Shown here in pieces: positions 1 through 9,922 of a DNA stretch of 64,000 bases (within the stretch, counting starts at the first letter, position 1; each line of letters starts with the position of its first letter). The notes under the pieces are model-generated. The model saw nothing but the letters and a program-made list of their open reading frames with translations. It had not been told where the DNA came from and made no database searches. The position numbers and the translations under genes were made by a program. Source of the DNA: an uncultured bacterium (lineage in GTDB: Bacteria; CAYJRR01); contig CAYJRR010000002.1 in NCBI GenBank assembly GCA_964372275.1, positions 16,522 through 80,521 of the forward strand. The letters run 5' to 3'.

Positions 1-54
1 CCAGGAGGGGGCGCGGCTCGTCGTCGAGGCGGTCGCCGGCTTTCCCCTCGTGCG

Positions 55-1092
55 CTAGGGACCGGCCGAGGCGAGGAGATTCTCGGCAGCGGTCGCGAGC
101 TCGGGAAACCCCTTCAGGCGCTCGAAGTAGGTCTTCGCGGCGGCGAGGTCGCGCTCTCCCAGCGCGATCGTTCCCAGGAAGAAGGTCGCCTGCGCGGCCG
201 GCGCGGAGCCCGGCAGGCTGTCGATCGCCTCCCGAAAGTCGCCGCCGGCGCGCGAGTCGTTCCCGAGGAGCAGGTGAACCTGCCCGCGCTGCGCGAGGGC
301 CGTGGTGCGGAACAGGCGGGCGCGGGGGTCGGCCTCCCGCACCGGGGCCGAGGCGCGATCGAGCGCATCCAGCGCCTCGTCGAGCTCGCCGTCGGACGCG
401 AGGACCTGCCCCAGGACGAGGTAGGCGCGTCGCCGTTCGAGGGGCGGGGCGTCGGGCTGCGCCAGGATCTCCCACGCGTAGTCGATCGCCTCCCGCGCGT
501 CGCCGGCGCGGAGCCTCGATTCGGCGAAGTCGGCCGTCGTCGAGCGCCGCGCGCGGGTCGCCGCCTCCTCCCCCAGGAACGAGACCCTTCGCAGGCGGCC
601 GCCCAGCCGGCTCGCCTCCTCCAGCGTCGGCACCTGGCTGCCGCGCATCGCCAGCGCGGTCGATCCCCCTTCGGTCACCTCGATCACCGTCGATCGCGCC
701 TGTTGGAACGGATCGGAGAGGAAGACCCCCGCCGCGCCCGCCGCCAGCCGGCGAGCCGCGAGGACCTGCGCGCCGGCGATCGTCGTCTCGGCTCCACCCG
801 TGACGCGCAGGGTGCAGCGCGCGCCCGCCGGGACCTTCACCAGCTCCTCGATCGCCACCGTCGTCCCCGGCGCCGCGGTGCGCCAGGCCGTTCCCCGGCC
901 GACGGTCACCGGCCCCGAGGCGGAGACGACGACCACGTCCGGCGCGGGCGTCGATCCGAGGAGCTTCGCCGTCGCCGGCGCAGGCGCCCCGCCGAGGAGC
1001 ACCGCCACCGCCGCCGCGAGCGTCGTGCGGAGGAGCTTCGCCGCTGCACGCGCGGGCACCACCCGAACCGGCCATGTCCGGTCGCGCGTCAT
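55..1092 (-). CDS. FecR-like domain + TPR periplasmic protein (paralog of 3385..4332)
   Basis: Last 345 codons of track ORF 55..3363. The ATG at 1092 overlaps the TGA of the upstream cyclase gene (ATGA, 1089-1092). Hydrophobic signal-like N-terminus, beta-rich segment GPVTVGRGTAWRTAAPGTTV and C-terminal TPR-like helices. Collinear with the 3385..4332 product. Confidence 0.7.
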   Translation of the reverse strand: MTRDRTWPVRVVPARAAAKLLRTTLAAAVAVLLGGAPAPATAKLLGSTPAPDVVVVSASGPVTVGRGTAWRTAAPGTTVAIEELVKVPAGARCTLRVTGGAETTIAGAQVLAARRLAAGAAGVFLSDPFQQARSTVIEVTEGGSTALAMRGSQVPTLEEASRLGGRLRRVSFLGEEAATRARRSTTADFAESRLRAGDAREAIDYAWEILAQPDAPPLERRRAYLVLGQVLASDGELDEALDALDRASAPVREADPRARLFRTTALAQRGQVHLLLGNDSRAGGDFREAIDSLPGSAPAAQATFFLGTIALGERDLAAAKTYFERLKGFPELATAAENLLASAGP

Positions 1093-3347
1093 TTCTCGGT
1101 GTGCTTGATCTTGATGGTGAACTCGTTCTCGCCGGCCGCCGAGGACCGCTTCATGCTGCGCAGCGCGGCGGTCCGCTCCAGGAACGCGTCCGAGGCCGGG
1201 TCCCCCCCGCGCAGGTCGATCACCCGCCGGAACAGCTCCTCGGCCTTGTCCCAGTCGCGGGCGCGGAAGGCGGTCGTTGCCTTCTGGTAGGCCTCGAACC
1301 AGGGGATGGCGACGTCGTCGGCGCGCCGGCCGACCAGCTCGAAGATCATCGCCGCCTGGGTCTTCCCCTTCACCTGGGCATAGCCCAGCTCGCGGAAGAG
1401 GAACTCGTCCTGGGCCAGCTCGCGCGTCTTGTCCCCGACGATGATCGACGCGCGGTAGGTCTTGGTGAGCCCCTCCAGTCGCGACGCGAAGTTCACGCCG
1501 TCGCCGATCGCGGTGTATTCGTTCTTCGCCTTCGAGCCCATCCGTCCGACCGAGACCGGCGCGGTGTTGACGCCGATCCCGATCTCCAGCACCGGCAGGT
1601 TCCGCGCACGCCAACCCTCCTGCAGCCGGGCGAGGGACTCCATCATGCGAAGCGCCGCGCGGCAGGCGTGGGCGGCGTGCTCCTTCTGCGCCAGCGGGGC
1701 GCCGAACAGCGCCATCACGGCATCGCCGATGTACTTGTCGAGCGTCCCCTGTTCCTCGAAGACGATCTGCGTCATCGCCGTGAGGTATTCGTCGAGGAGC
1801 GCCACCAGCTCCTCCGGCGTCATCCGCTCGGCGGTGGTGGTGAAGCCGCGGATGTCGGAGAAGAGGATCGAGATCTCGCGGCGCGCCGGCATCAGCAGGC
1901 TCGGGTCGGACAGCGCGATCTCCGCCACCGAAGGCGACAGGAAGCGCCGGAACTCCGCCTCCGCCGCCAGCCGCTGCGCCCGCTCCCGCTGCGCGCGCTG
2001 CCGCTCCGACAAGTAGCGCAGCGCCCCGCAGCCGAGGATCGCCACCGTTCCGGTGAGTCCGGGCGCAAGCGCGTCGACGAGCAGGCCGTAGCGGGAGAAG
2101 ACGACCGAACCGTAGTGCCCGACCACGGGCAGCACGAACGCCCCGGCGAGCGGCCACGACCCGCTGCTGCGCCGGAAGGCCCACGTCGTCGCCAGCCCGA
2201 CGAGCAGGCAGGCGAGCGGCTCCCAGAGCGAGTCGGCGAGATCCGGACGGCGCAACCATCGTCCGGTGATCAGGCTGTGGGCGACGACGGCGTGGATGCC
2301 GACGCCGGGGAAGGCGGGATCGAAAAGGGTGGAGTACTTGTCGTCGTACTCGCTGACCGGTCCGAAGAAGACCAGCTTCTTCGAGAAGCGACCGCGCAGG
2401 GACTCCGGAAGAGCGTCGCCGGCGACGACCTCCTTGAAGGAGACGTAATTCGGGAACGACTGCCGGTAGCTCCCGGTGAAGTTGACCAGCATCGTCCCGT
2501 CGGGCTCGACGGGAAGGTAGCGGGCGCCGAGGCTGGCCCATCTCACGATGTCGCCGTCGCAGCCGACCGAAAGCTCCGCCGCCTCCTCCTCGACGACCTG
2601 CCGGTAGAGCGCCGCCCCGACGGCGGCATGGGACGGATAGAGCCCTTCCCCCATCCGGATCGCGAGCGGATATCGCCGGATCTGCTGGTCGTTGTCCGGC
2701 TCCTGGCGGGCGTTGCCGTAGTACGGGATCGCCTCGCGGAACGTCGGAAGGTCGAGGTTCACCCCCGCCGGCTGCCGGAACGATTCGCAGTGCTCGTTGT
2801 ACACCAGCGAGGGTTCGGGGAGTCCTTCGAACGCCGGTTCGGTCCCGGGTTGAGGGTACCCGTGGCTGTAGATCGTTCCGACCACGTTCCGGTCGCGCAC
2901 CGCCGCGAGCAGGATGGCGTCCTGGTCGTAGGCGCGGCGGATCTCGTCGAACCGGGCACCGGCCGCGCCCGGCGAGACCTTCGCGGCGGCCGCCATCGCC
3001 TCGGCGACCGACCGGCCGACGGGGTCGGGATCCGAGATCTGGAAGTCGACGACCACCGCCGCCGCGCCGTCGGCGAAGAGACGGTCGAGCAGCTTCGCGA
3101 TCTCGCGGCGGGGGGCGCTGCGCCCGTGCACCTGCGTCGCCTCCTGGTCGTAGCCGACGATGCGGATCGGATCGTCGGCGCCGTCGAGCGCGGTCGCCGT
3201 CCGGCCGGCGCGCTGGACGACGTCGAGGTAGGCCGTCTCCGCCTGGCGGATCGGCCCCTGCGCCGGAACGAGCAGCACCGCGCCGACGGCGCCGATCAGG
3301 GCGCCGAACCAGTACCACTCCTTCCGTTTCGCTTTGCCCTTCGCCAC
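1089..3347 (-). CDS. CHASE2 sensor domain - class III adenylate/guanylate cyclase
   Basis: 752-aa ORF with a GTG start. N-terminal TM helix (WYWFGALIGAVGAVLLV), then a large extracytoplasmic CHASE2-like region. A cluster of TM helices follows (WPLAGAFVLPVVGHYGSVVF, TGTVAILGCGALRYL). Cyclase core: ILFSDIRGFTT..DKYIGDAVMALFGAP..GVNTAPVSVGRMGS..YTAIGDGVNFASRLE. Confidence 0.85.
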   Translation of the reverse strand: MAKGKAKRKEWYWFGALIGAVGAVLLVPAQGPIRQAETAYLDVVQRAGRTATALDGADDPIRIVGYDQEATQVHGRSAPRREIAKLLDRLFADGAAAVVVDFQISDPDPVGRSVAEAMAAAAKVSPGAAGARFDEIRRAYDQDAILLAAVRDRNVVGTIYSHGYPQPGTEPAFEGLPEPSLVYNEHCESFRQPAGVNLDLPTFREAIPYYGNARQEPDNDQQIRRYPLAIRMGEGLYPSHAAVGAALYRQVVEEEAAELSVGCDGDIVRWASLGARYLPVEPDGTMLVNFTGSYRQSFPNYVSFKEVVAGDALPESLRGRFSKKLVFFGPVSEYDDKYSTLFDPAFPGVGIHAVVAHSLITGRWLRRPDLADSLWEPLACLLVGLATTWAFRRSSGSWPLAGAFVLPVVGHYGSVVFSRYGLLVDALAPGLTGTVAILGCGALRYLSERQRAQRERAQRLAAEAEFRRFLSPSVAEIALSDPSLLMPARREISILFSDIRGFTTTAERMTPEELVALLDEYLTAMTQIVFEEQGTLDKYIGDAVMALFGAPLAQKEHAAHACRAALRMMESLARLQEGWRARNLPVLEIGIGVNTAPVSVGRMGSKAKNEYTAIGDGVNFASRLEGLTKTYRASIIVGDKTRELAQDEFLFRELGYAQVKGKTQAAMIFELVGRRADDVAIPWFEAYQKATTAFRARDWDKAEELFRRVIDLRGGDPASDAFLERTAALRSMKRSSAAGENEFTIKIKHTEK

Positions 3348-3384
3348 GAGTCGGTCTGCCCATCCCGGCGCGCGAACGCGCGGG

Positions 3385-4332
3385 CTAGTTCGCGCCGGCT
3401 CCGGCCGTCAGGTCCCGGGCCGCGGCTTCGAGATCCGGATAGCCCGCCAGCAGCTTGAAGTGTGCCTCGGCGACCGCCGGTTTTTGCGCCTCCAGCGCCA
3501 GCGCCCCGAGGTAGAGGTTCGCCTTCGCCGCCTGGGCCGTCTTGGGGCTGGCCTCGATGGCGGCCTTGAAGTCGGCGTCGGCCTTGCCGTCCAGTCCAAG
3601 CTGCACGTGCACCAGTCCGCGCTCGACCAGCGCGGCCCCCCGGTAATGATCGGCGGCGTCCCCTTCGGCGGGGTCGCGCGCCGCCGCCGCGCCGTCGAAC
3701 GCCGAGAGCGCCTTTCCGAACTCCCCCTCCGCCGCGTGGACGCGGCCGAGGACGTAGCGCGCGCGCCGCTTCTCGGCCGGCGAGTCGTTCGGGTCGTCGA
3801 CGATCGCCTGCGCGCGGTTGCGGGCGTCGAAGTAGTCGCCGCGGCCGAGCGCCGCCTCGGCGAAGTCGGCCTCGCTCGACTTCGGCTTTTCGTCGGTGTC
3901 GACGAAGATCGCGCGCTTCTTCTGCCCCAGCTTGTCGGAGGCCTTGCCGGCGCCGGGCACCGTCCCCTTGGCGTCGACCCCGACGACCGCCTCGGACGCC
4001 TTCTGCACCGCGCGGGTGAGCTTCAGCAGCGCCCCCGCCGCCTTCTCCGACGACAGTCGCCGCCCGGGGACGATCACCTTCCCCACGAACTCGGCGACGG
4101 TGCCGTCCCCGAGCTTGACCGTCGCCCGGGCCGCGGGACCGAGCGAGAGGAAGTCGGCCGCGGCGATGACCGCCCCCGCGGCGGCGGTCTTCCAGGCCCC
4201 TTCGCGCCCGACCTTCACCTCCCCTTCGACCTTGGAGACGGTCGCGTCGGCCGCCATCGCCGCGGCCGGCAAGGCGAGGGCGAGGGCGAGGGGGGCGATG
4301 CGAGGGAGGAACGACAGCCTTCCGCGGGTCAT
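3385..4332 (-). CDS. FecR-like domain + TPR periplasmic protein (paralog of 55..1092)
   Basis: 315-aa ORF with GGAGG just upstream of the ATG. Signal peptide IAPLALALALPAAAMA, FecR-like segment VEGEVKVGREGAWKTAAAGAVI and C-terminal TPR-like helices. Confidence 0.7.
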   Translation of the reverse strand: MTRGRLSFLPRIAPLALALALPAAAMAADATVSKVEGEVKVGREGAWKTAAAGAVIAAADFLSLGPAARATVKLGDGTVAEFVGKVIVPGRRLSSEKAAGALLKLTRAVQKASEAVVGVDAKGTVPGAGKASDKLGQKKRAIFVDTDEKPKSSEADFAEAALGRGDYFDARNRAQAIVDDPNDSPAEKRRARYVLGRVHAAEGEFGKALSAFDGAAAARDPAEGDAADHYRGAALVERGLVHVQLGLDGKADADFKAAIEASPKTAQAAKANLYLGALALEAQKPAVAEAHFKLLAGYPDLEAAARDLTAGAGAN

Positions 4333-4378
4333 GGGAGCACCTCCACCGTTCGGACGCGGTCGCCGGACACGGTATTCG

Positions 4379-6454
4379 TCAGGGGATCCATCGCGACCGC
4401 CGCGGATCGCGTTCGCCGGCGCCGATCCCGGCCGCCTTTCCGGCGGTCCTCCCCGCCCCCGCCGCCTTGGCCATCTTGGCGTCGTTGCGGAGCAGGTCGG
4501 CGATCTCCGGGTACTCGCGCTCGTAGACCGGCTCGATCCGCACCGCGCGCTCGAAGTAGGCCTTGGCGTTGGCGGCGTCCCCCTCCTCGAAGTAGAGGTT
4601 CGCCACGTTGATCAGGATCGCGGCGTTCTCCCCGCCGACCCGCAGCGCCTCCAGGTATTGGGCGATCGCCTCGCGGCTGTTCCCCTGCAGGTAGTGGACG
4701 TTCGCCAGGTTGTTGTAGGCCTTCGCCAGCTTCGGGTCCTTCTCGATCGCCGCCTTGAAGTGCCGGATCGCCTCGTCGATCTGTCCGTCGCGGGCGAAGA
4801 CGATCCCGATTTCGTTCTCTTCGGCGGCCGGCGCGAGGTTCCGCGCGCGGATGGCGGCGACGGCCTGGTCGCGCGCCCCCTTCTCCTTGGCCCCGATGTT
4901 GGCCGCGTCCTCTTTCACCAGCAGGGCGAAGCGGGTCGCGAAACCGCCGTCGTTCAGGTCGGCCAGCGACAGGGCGCCGAAGTCGGGCGGCGACGGCGGG
5001 AACTGCCCTTGCGCCGAGCCGACCTCCACCAGCGCCATCTGGTTCAGGCCGGTCCACTTCTTGACTTCGGTGGCCGCCAGCTTCCACGCCTCGCTGAACG
5101 ACTTGCCGACCGCCGTCACCTCGACCGGGATCCAGGCCGACCCGTTGCGCACCACGAACGAGCCGTCGGTCGTCCCGGTGTAGCGCCGGATCTCCTCCGG
5201 GGTGAGCCCGCTGTCGAACATCATGAAGACGTGCCCCGGGACGTCGACCAGGAGCGTCGGGATCCCCGAGGACTCCAGGAGCGAGCTGTAGAGCGCGGTC
5301 AGGTCGTCGCAGTCCCCCGTCTTGCGCGCCAGCGTCTCCCGCGGATAGGCGATGTAGTCGACCGCCTCGGCGTTCCCGTCGAAGTAGTTGAACGGCGCCG
5401 TCGGGTCGGAGACGTAGGTCATCCCGTACGCCGACAACGCGTCGAAGTAGGCGGAGGCGACGGCGAGCGACTTCACCGTCGAGACCTGCACCTTGCGTTG
5501 CGCAACCAGGCTGGCGAACGCCTTGACCCCCTCCTCGCGCGGGGTGACGAAGGCCGCCATCTTGCGCATGTCGTCCCACACGATCGCGTTGCGGTTGTAG
5601 ACGGTGAAGGAGGCGGTGCGAACCAGCTCGCGCCGTTTCCGGCCGACCTCGTATTCGACGGTGATCTTGGCCTGCACCGCCTTCGGTTCCGACTTGCCGA
5701 CCTCGAAGATCTCCTTGTTGAAGGCGGCGGTGACCTGGATCGAGCGCCCGAGGCCGGGCGGGATGGCGTCGACGACCGCCGACTCCGCCGGCAGGTCCAT
5801 GATCCCCTTCGCTTCGAACTTCACCTTCACCTTGGAGACCGGCTCGCTGGAGCGGTTCTCGACGCTGATCACCAGCACCGGGTTCGATTCGTAGAACTTG
5901 TTCATCGCCGGGAAGACGTCCTTCACCCGCGCGTCCTTGATGCGCAGGTGCTCCAGCGGCGTGAACCCGGAGTCGATCAGGCTGTAGAGGTAGACGCCAC
6001 CGGTGAAGGCGGCGATCCCGTCGAACAGCACCGTGGCGTTGACCGCCTGGTTGTACTTCTGATCGTAGGGGGCCCCCTCCCCGGTGAGGTTGTCGTAGTC
6101 GGCGCGCGCCGACTGCATGTAGAAGTAGCTCCCGACCGTGGCCGCCGCCGAGGCGGTGGCGAGCCCGGTGAGGAACCATCCCTTCTTCTTCTCCCCCTTG
6201 TAGCGCTGCCCCCAGCCCGGGAAGAGGCTCGAGCGCCACACCGCCCCCATCGGGGTGATCACGTCCTCGCGCAGCGGCTTGGGCGAGGCGACGACCGCGG
6301 TCGGCGCCGCCGCGACGGCGACCGGCGTCGGCGACGGCGCCGGGGAGGCGGCGGGTGCCGCGGGCTTCGCGGGCGCGGCGGCCGGAGGCGGCTCGGCAAA
6401 CGCGCGTCCGGAGATCAGGGCGACCGAGAGAGCGACGACGACGGCGGAACGCAT
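4379..6454 (-). CDS. Transglutaminase-like (Cys-protease fold) protein with C-terminal TPR repeats
   Basis: 691-aa ORF with GGGGAGG upstream of the ATG. Signal peptide, Pro/Ala-rich linker and a membrane hairpin (SLFPGWGQRYKGEKKKGWFLTGLA..). Transglutaminase core GDCDDLTALYSSLLESSGIPTLLVDVPGHVFMMFD. TPR tail (AIRHFKAAIEKDPKLAKAYNNLANVHYLQGN..). Confidence 0.75.
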   Translation of the reverse strand: MRSAVVVALSVALISGRAFAEPPPAAAPAKPAAPAASPAPSPTPVAVAAAPTAVVASPKPLREDVITPMGAVWRSSLFPGWGQRYKGEKKKGWFLTGLATASAAATVGSYFYMQSARADYDNLTGEGAPYDQKYNQAVNATVLFDGIAAFTGGVYLYSLIDSGFTPLEHLRIKDARVKDVFPAMNKFYESNPVLVISVENRSSEPVSKVKVKFEAKGIMDLPAESAVVDAIPPGLGRSIQVTAAFNKEIFEVGKSEPKAVQAKITVEYEVGRKRRELVRTASFTVYNRNAIVWDDMRKMAAFVTPREEGVKAFASLVAQRKVQVSTVKSLAVASAYFDALSAYGMTYVSDPTAPFNYFDGNAEAVDYIAYPRETLARKTGDCDDLTALYSSLLESSGIPTLLVDVPGHVFMMFDSGLTPEEIRRYTGTTDGSFVVRNGSAWIPVEVTAVGKSFSEAWKLAATEVKKWTGLNQMALVEVGSAQGQFPPSPPDFGALSLADLNDGGFATRFALLVKEDAANIGAKEKGARDQAVAAIRARNLAPAAEENEIGIVFARDGQIDEAIRHFKAAIEKDPKLAKAYNNLANVHYLQGNSREAIAQYLEALRVGGENAAILINVANLYFEEGDAANAKAYFERAVRIEPVYEREYPEIADLLRNDAKMAKAAGAGRTAGKAAGIGAGERDPRRSRWIP

Positions 6455-6530
6455 CCGGAATTCCTCCCCGAGACCCCGCCAGATGCGGGATTCAACCCCC
6501 GATTCCGACGAGCCGATCGGGGGACGGGCA

Positions 6531-6560
6531 ACTGTACCGCCCCGCGGAACGGCCGGTCAA
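6531..6560 (-). promoter_or_regulatory. Candidate sigma-70-type promoter for the 6454->55 operon
   Basis: Minus-strand TTGACC-N18-TACAGT about 70 nt upstream of the start at 6454. The leader can form an 8-bp hairpin (CCCCCGAT..ATCGGGGG, 6496-6523). This is a pattern match only. Confidence 0.3.
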
Positions 6561-6606
6561 CGACGGGGAAAGGGCGGGGAGAGGAACGATCCGATTGACA
6601 GCGGAG

Positions 6607-6639
6607 GCGGCGGCCGTCGGGTAGACCGGCGGCCGCCGC
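6607..6639 (-). terminator. GC-rich hairpin downstream of the 6664..7215 gene
   Basis: 10-bp stem GCGGCGGCCG / CGGCCGCCGC with a 13-nt loop, 25 nt beyond the stop at 6664. No U-tract follows. Confidence 0.3.
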
Positions 6640-6663
6640 GTGTTCCGGAGTCGTCGCGGACGG

Positions 6664-7215
6664 TCACCGCTCGAGGCCGGTTCCTTGGGCGGCGTTGGCG
6701 TGGGTCGGGGTCGAGGAGAGGGCCACCGCGGTGGTGTTGGCGTCGCGGCGCGCGTTGTTGCCGTTCGAGGACGAGGCGACCGTCTTCGGGGCCGAGTCGA
6801 CGAAGCTGTCGTGCGCGAGAATGAACGGGACGGTCAGCGCCACCGCGACGCCGGCGGGGATGCCCACCAGAAACCAGCCGCCGGCCTTGGTGACGCGCCA
6901 CGAGAACTTGGCGCCGGTCACGATCTTCCCCCACGTCCACCGCGCGGCCGACTTGATGCCGGAGATCGCGGTCTCGGCGACGCCGACCACGAAGTCGGCG
7001 CTCGCCTCGATCGCGGCCTCGGTGGCCAGCGCGGCGATCGCCAGCGGGCCCGGCTCGCGCGCCTTCAACGTCTCCAGCAGGCTCGTCTCCGTTCCGGCGG
7101 ACGTCTGCACCTCCATGGCGTTCGCCATCGGCGCCGCGACGAGCGCGCTGACGGTGACGGCGGCGACGGTCCCTTCCCGAACGAGGCTCCACATCGATGT
7201 GAGAACGGTCTTCAT
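6664..7215 (-). CDS. Hypothetical secreted/membrane protein
   Basis: 183-aa ORF with AGGAGAG 8 nt upstream of the ATG. Signal-like N-terminus (AAVTVSALVAAPMANA) and an internal TM helix (GGWFLVGIPAGVAVALTVPFIL). No recognised family. Confidence 0.55.
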   Translation of the reverse strand: MKTVLTSMWSLVREGTVAAVTVSALVAAPMANAMEVQTSAGTETSLLETLKAREPGPLAIAALATEAAIEASADFVVGVAETAISGIKSAARWTWGKIVTGAKFSWRVTKAGGWFLVGIPAGVAVALTVPFILAHDSFVDSAPKTVASSSNGNNARRDANTTAVALSSTPTHANAAQGTGLER

Positions 7216-7255
7216 GGTCGTGCTCTCCTAAATGCGTGGGTTTTTCAAAATGTCC

Positions 7256-7270
7256 GCATCGAACGTGCCA
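7256..7270 (-). promoter_or_regulatory. Candidate sigma-54 (-24/-12) promoter
   Basis: The minus strand reads TGGCACGTTCGATGC. TGGCAC(G) and the GC dinucleotide sit at the canonical spacing of TGGCACG-N4-TTGC (the -12 box is ATGC). It lies about 41 nt upstream of the ATG at 7215. Confidence 0.45.
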
Positions 7271-7459
7271 TGAGTGAGTCGTCACTCACGGCGCGCCGCC
7301 CGAGAGCAAGGGGTGTGCCCGGCGTGTCGCACCCGCGGACCGGATCGAATAAATTAATATTTGCCGATCGTTACGGACCACGCGGTGCGTCGACATCGGC
7401 GGTCGGGGACGCCTCGAGCTGGGACACGTGCATCACAAAGACGGACATGCGCGACCCGA

Positions 7460-8023
7460 TCAACGAGCGCCGGCGGACCACTCGTCGACGACCATTTCGT
7501 AGGACACGTGGTTCCACCACCGGCCGTGGCGGAAAAAATGATCGCGCTGTTCGCCGACGAGCCGGAACCCGAGCTTCGCGATCACCCGCCGTGACGCCGC
7601 ATTTTCGGTGGCGCAGCCGACCGTGATCTTGTGCAGGCCAAGCTCCCGGAATCCGAAGCGCAAGGCCTCGCGCGCCGCCTCGGTGACGAGCCCCTTGTTC
7701 CGATGCGCCGAACCACACCAGTAACCGAGCTCCGCCCGGTCCTGCCGCCACGCGCGCACGACCCGCACCACCTCGTGAAGGCCGACGAGCCCGCAGAGTT
7801 CGCCCTCGTGGCGGAGAGTCCACACGTAGCCCGTTCCCGCGGCTCGTGCGGCGATCGTCGTCGTCACGAACTCCCGGGTCTCGCTTCGATCGCGGTGCGC
7901 CTCCCAGGTCATGAGGCGTGGGAGGTCGGGATCGGAGACGTACGGCCAGAGCGCGTCGGCATCGCCGGGCTCCAGGGGGCGGAGCTCGAGACGCGGTGTT
8001 CGAAGAGAGCCGTCGGAGGGCAT
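7460..8023 (-). CDS. GNAT family N-acetyltransferase (RimJ/RimL-like)
   Basis: 187-aa ORF starting 4 nt after the glmS stop. N-terminus TPRLELRPLEPGDADALWPYVSDP is typical of RimJ/RimL-type GNATs, and HRNKGLVTEAAREALRFGF is an acetyl-CoA motif region. Confidence 0.8.
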   Translation of the reverse strand: MPSDGSLRTPRLELRPLEPGDADALWPYVSDPDLPRLMTWEAHRDRSETREFVTTTIAARAAGTGYVWTLRHEGELCGLVGLHEVVRVVRAWRQDRAELGYWCGSAHRNKGLVTEAAREALRFGFRELGLHKITVGCATENAASRRVIAKLGFRLVGEQRDHFFRHGRWWNHVSYEMVVDEWSAGAR

Positions 8024-8027
8024 GTGC

Positions 8028-9914
<1,887 letters not shown>

Positions 9915-9922
9915 GGGAGGCT

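Noticed and set aside
3896-6598. 900-aa plus-strand ORF
   Set aside because: It is antisense to the well-supported transglutaminase/TPR and FecR genes. The product is Arg/Gly/Pro/Asp-rich low complexity with no motifs, which is a typical high-GC shadow ORF.
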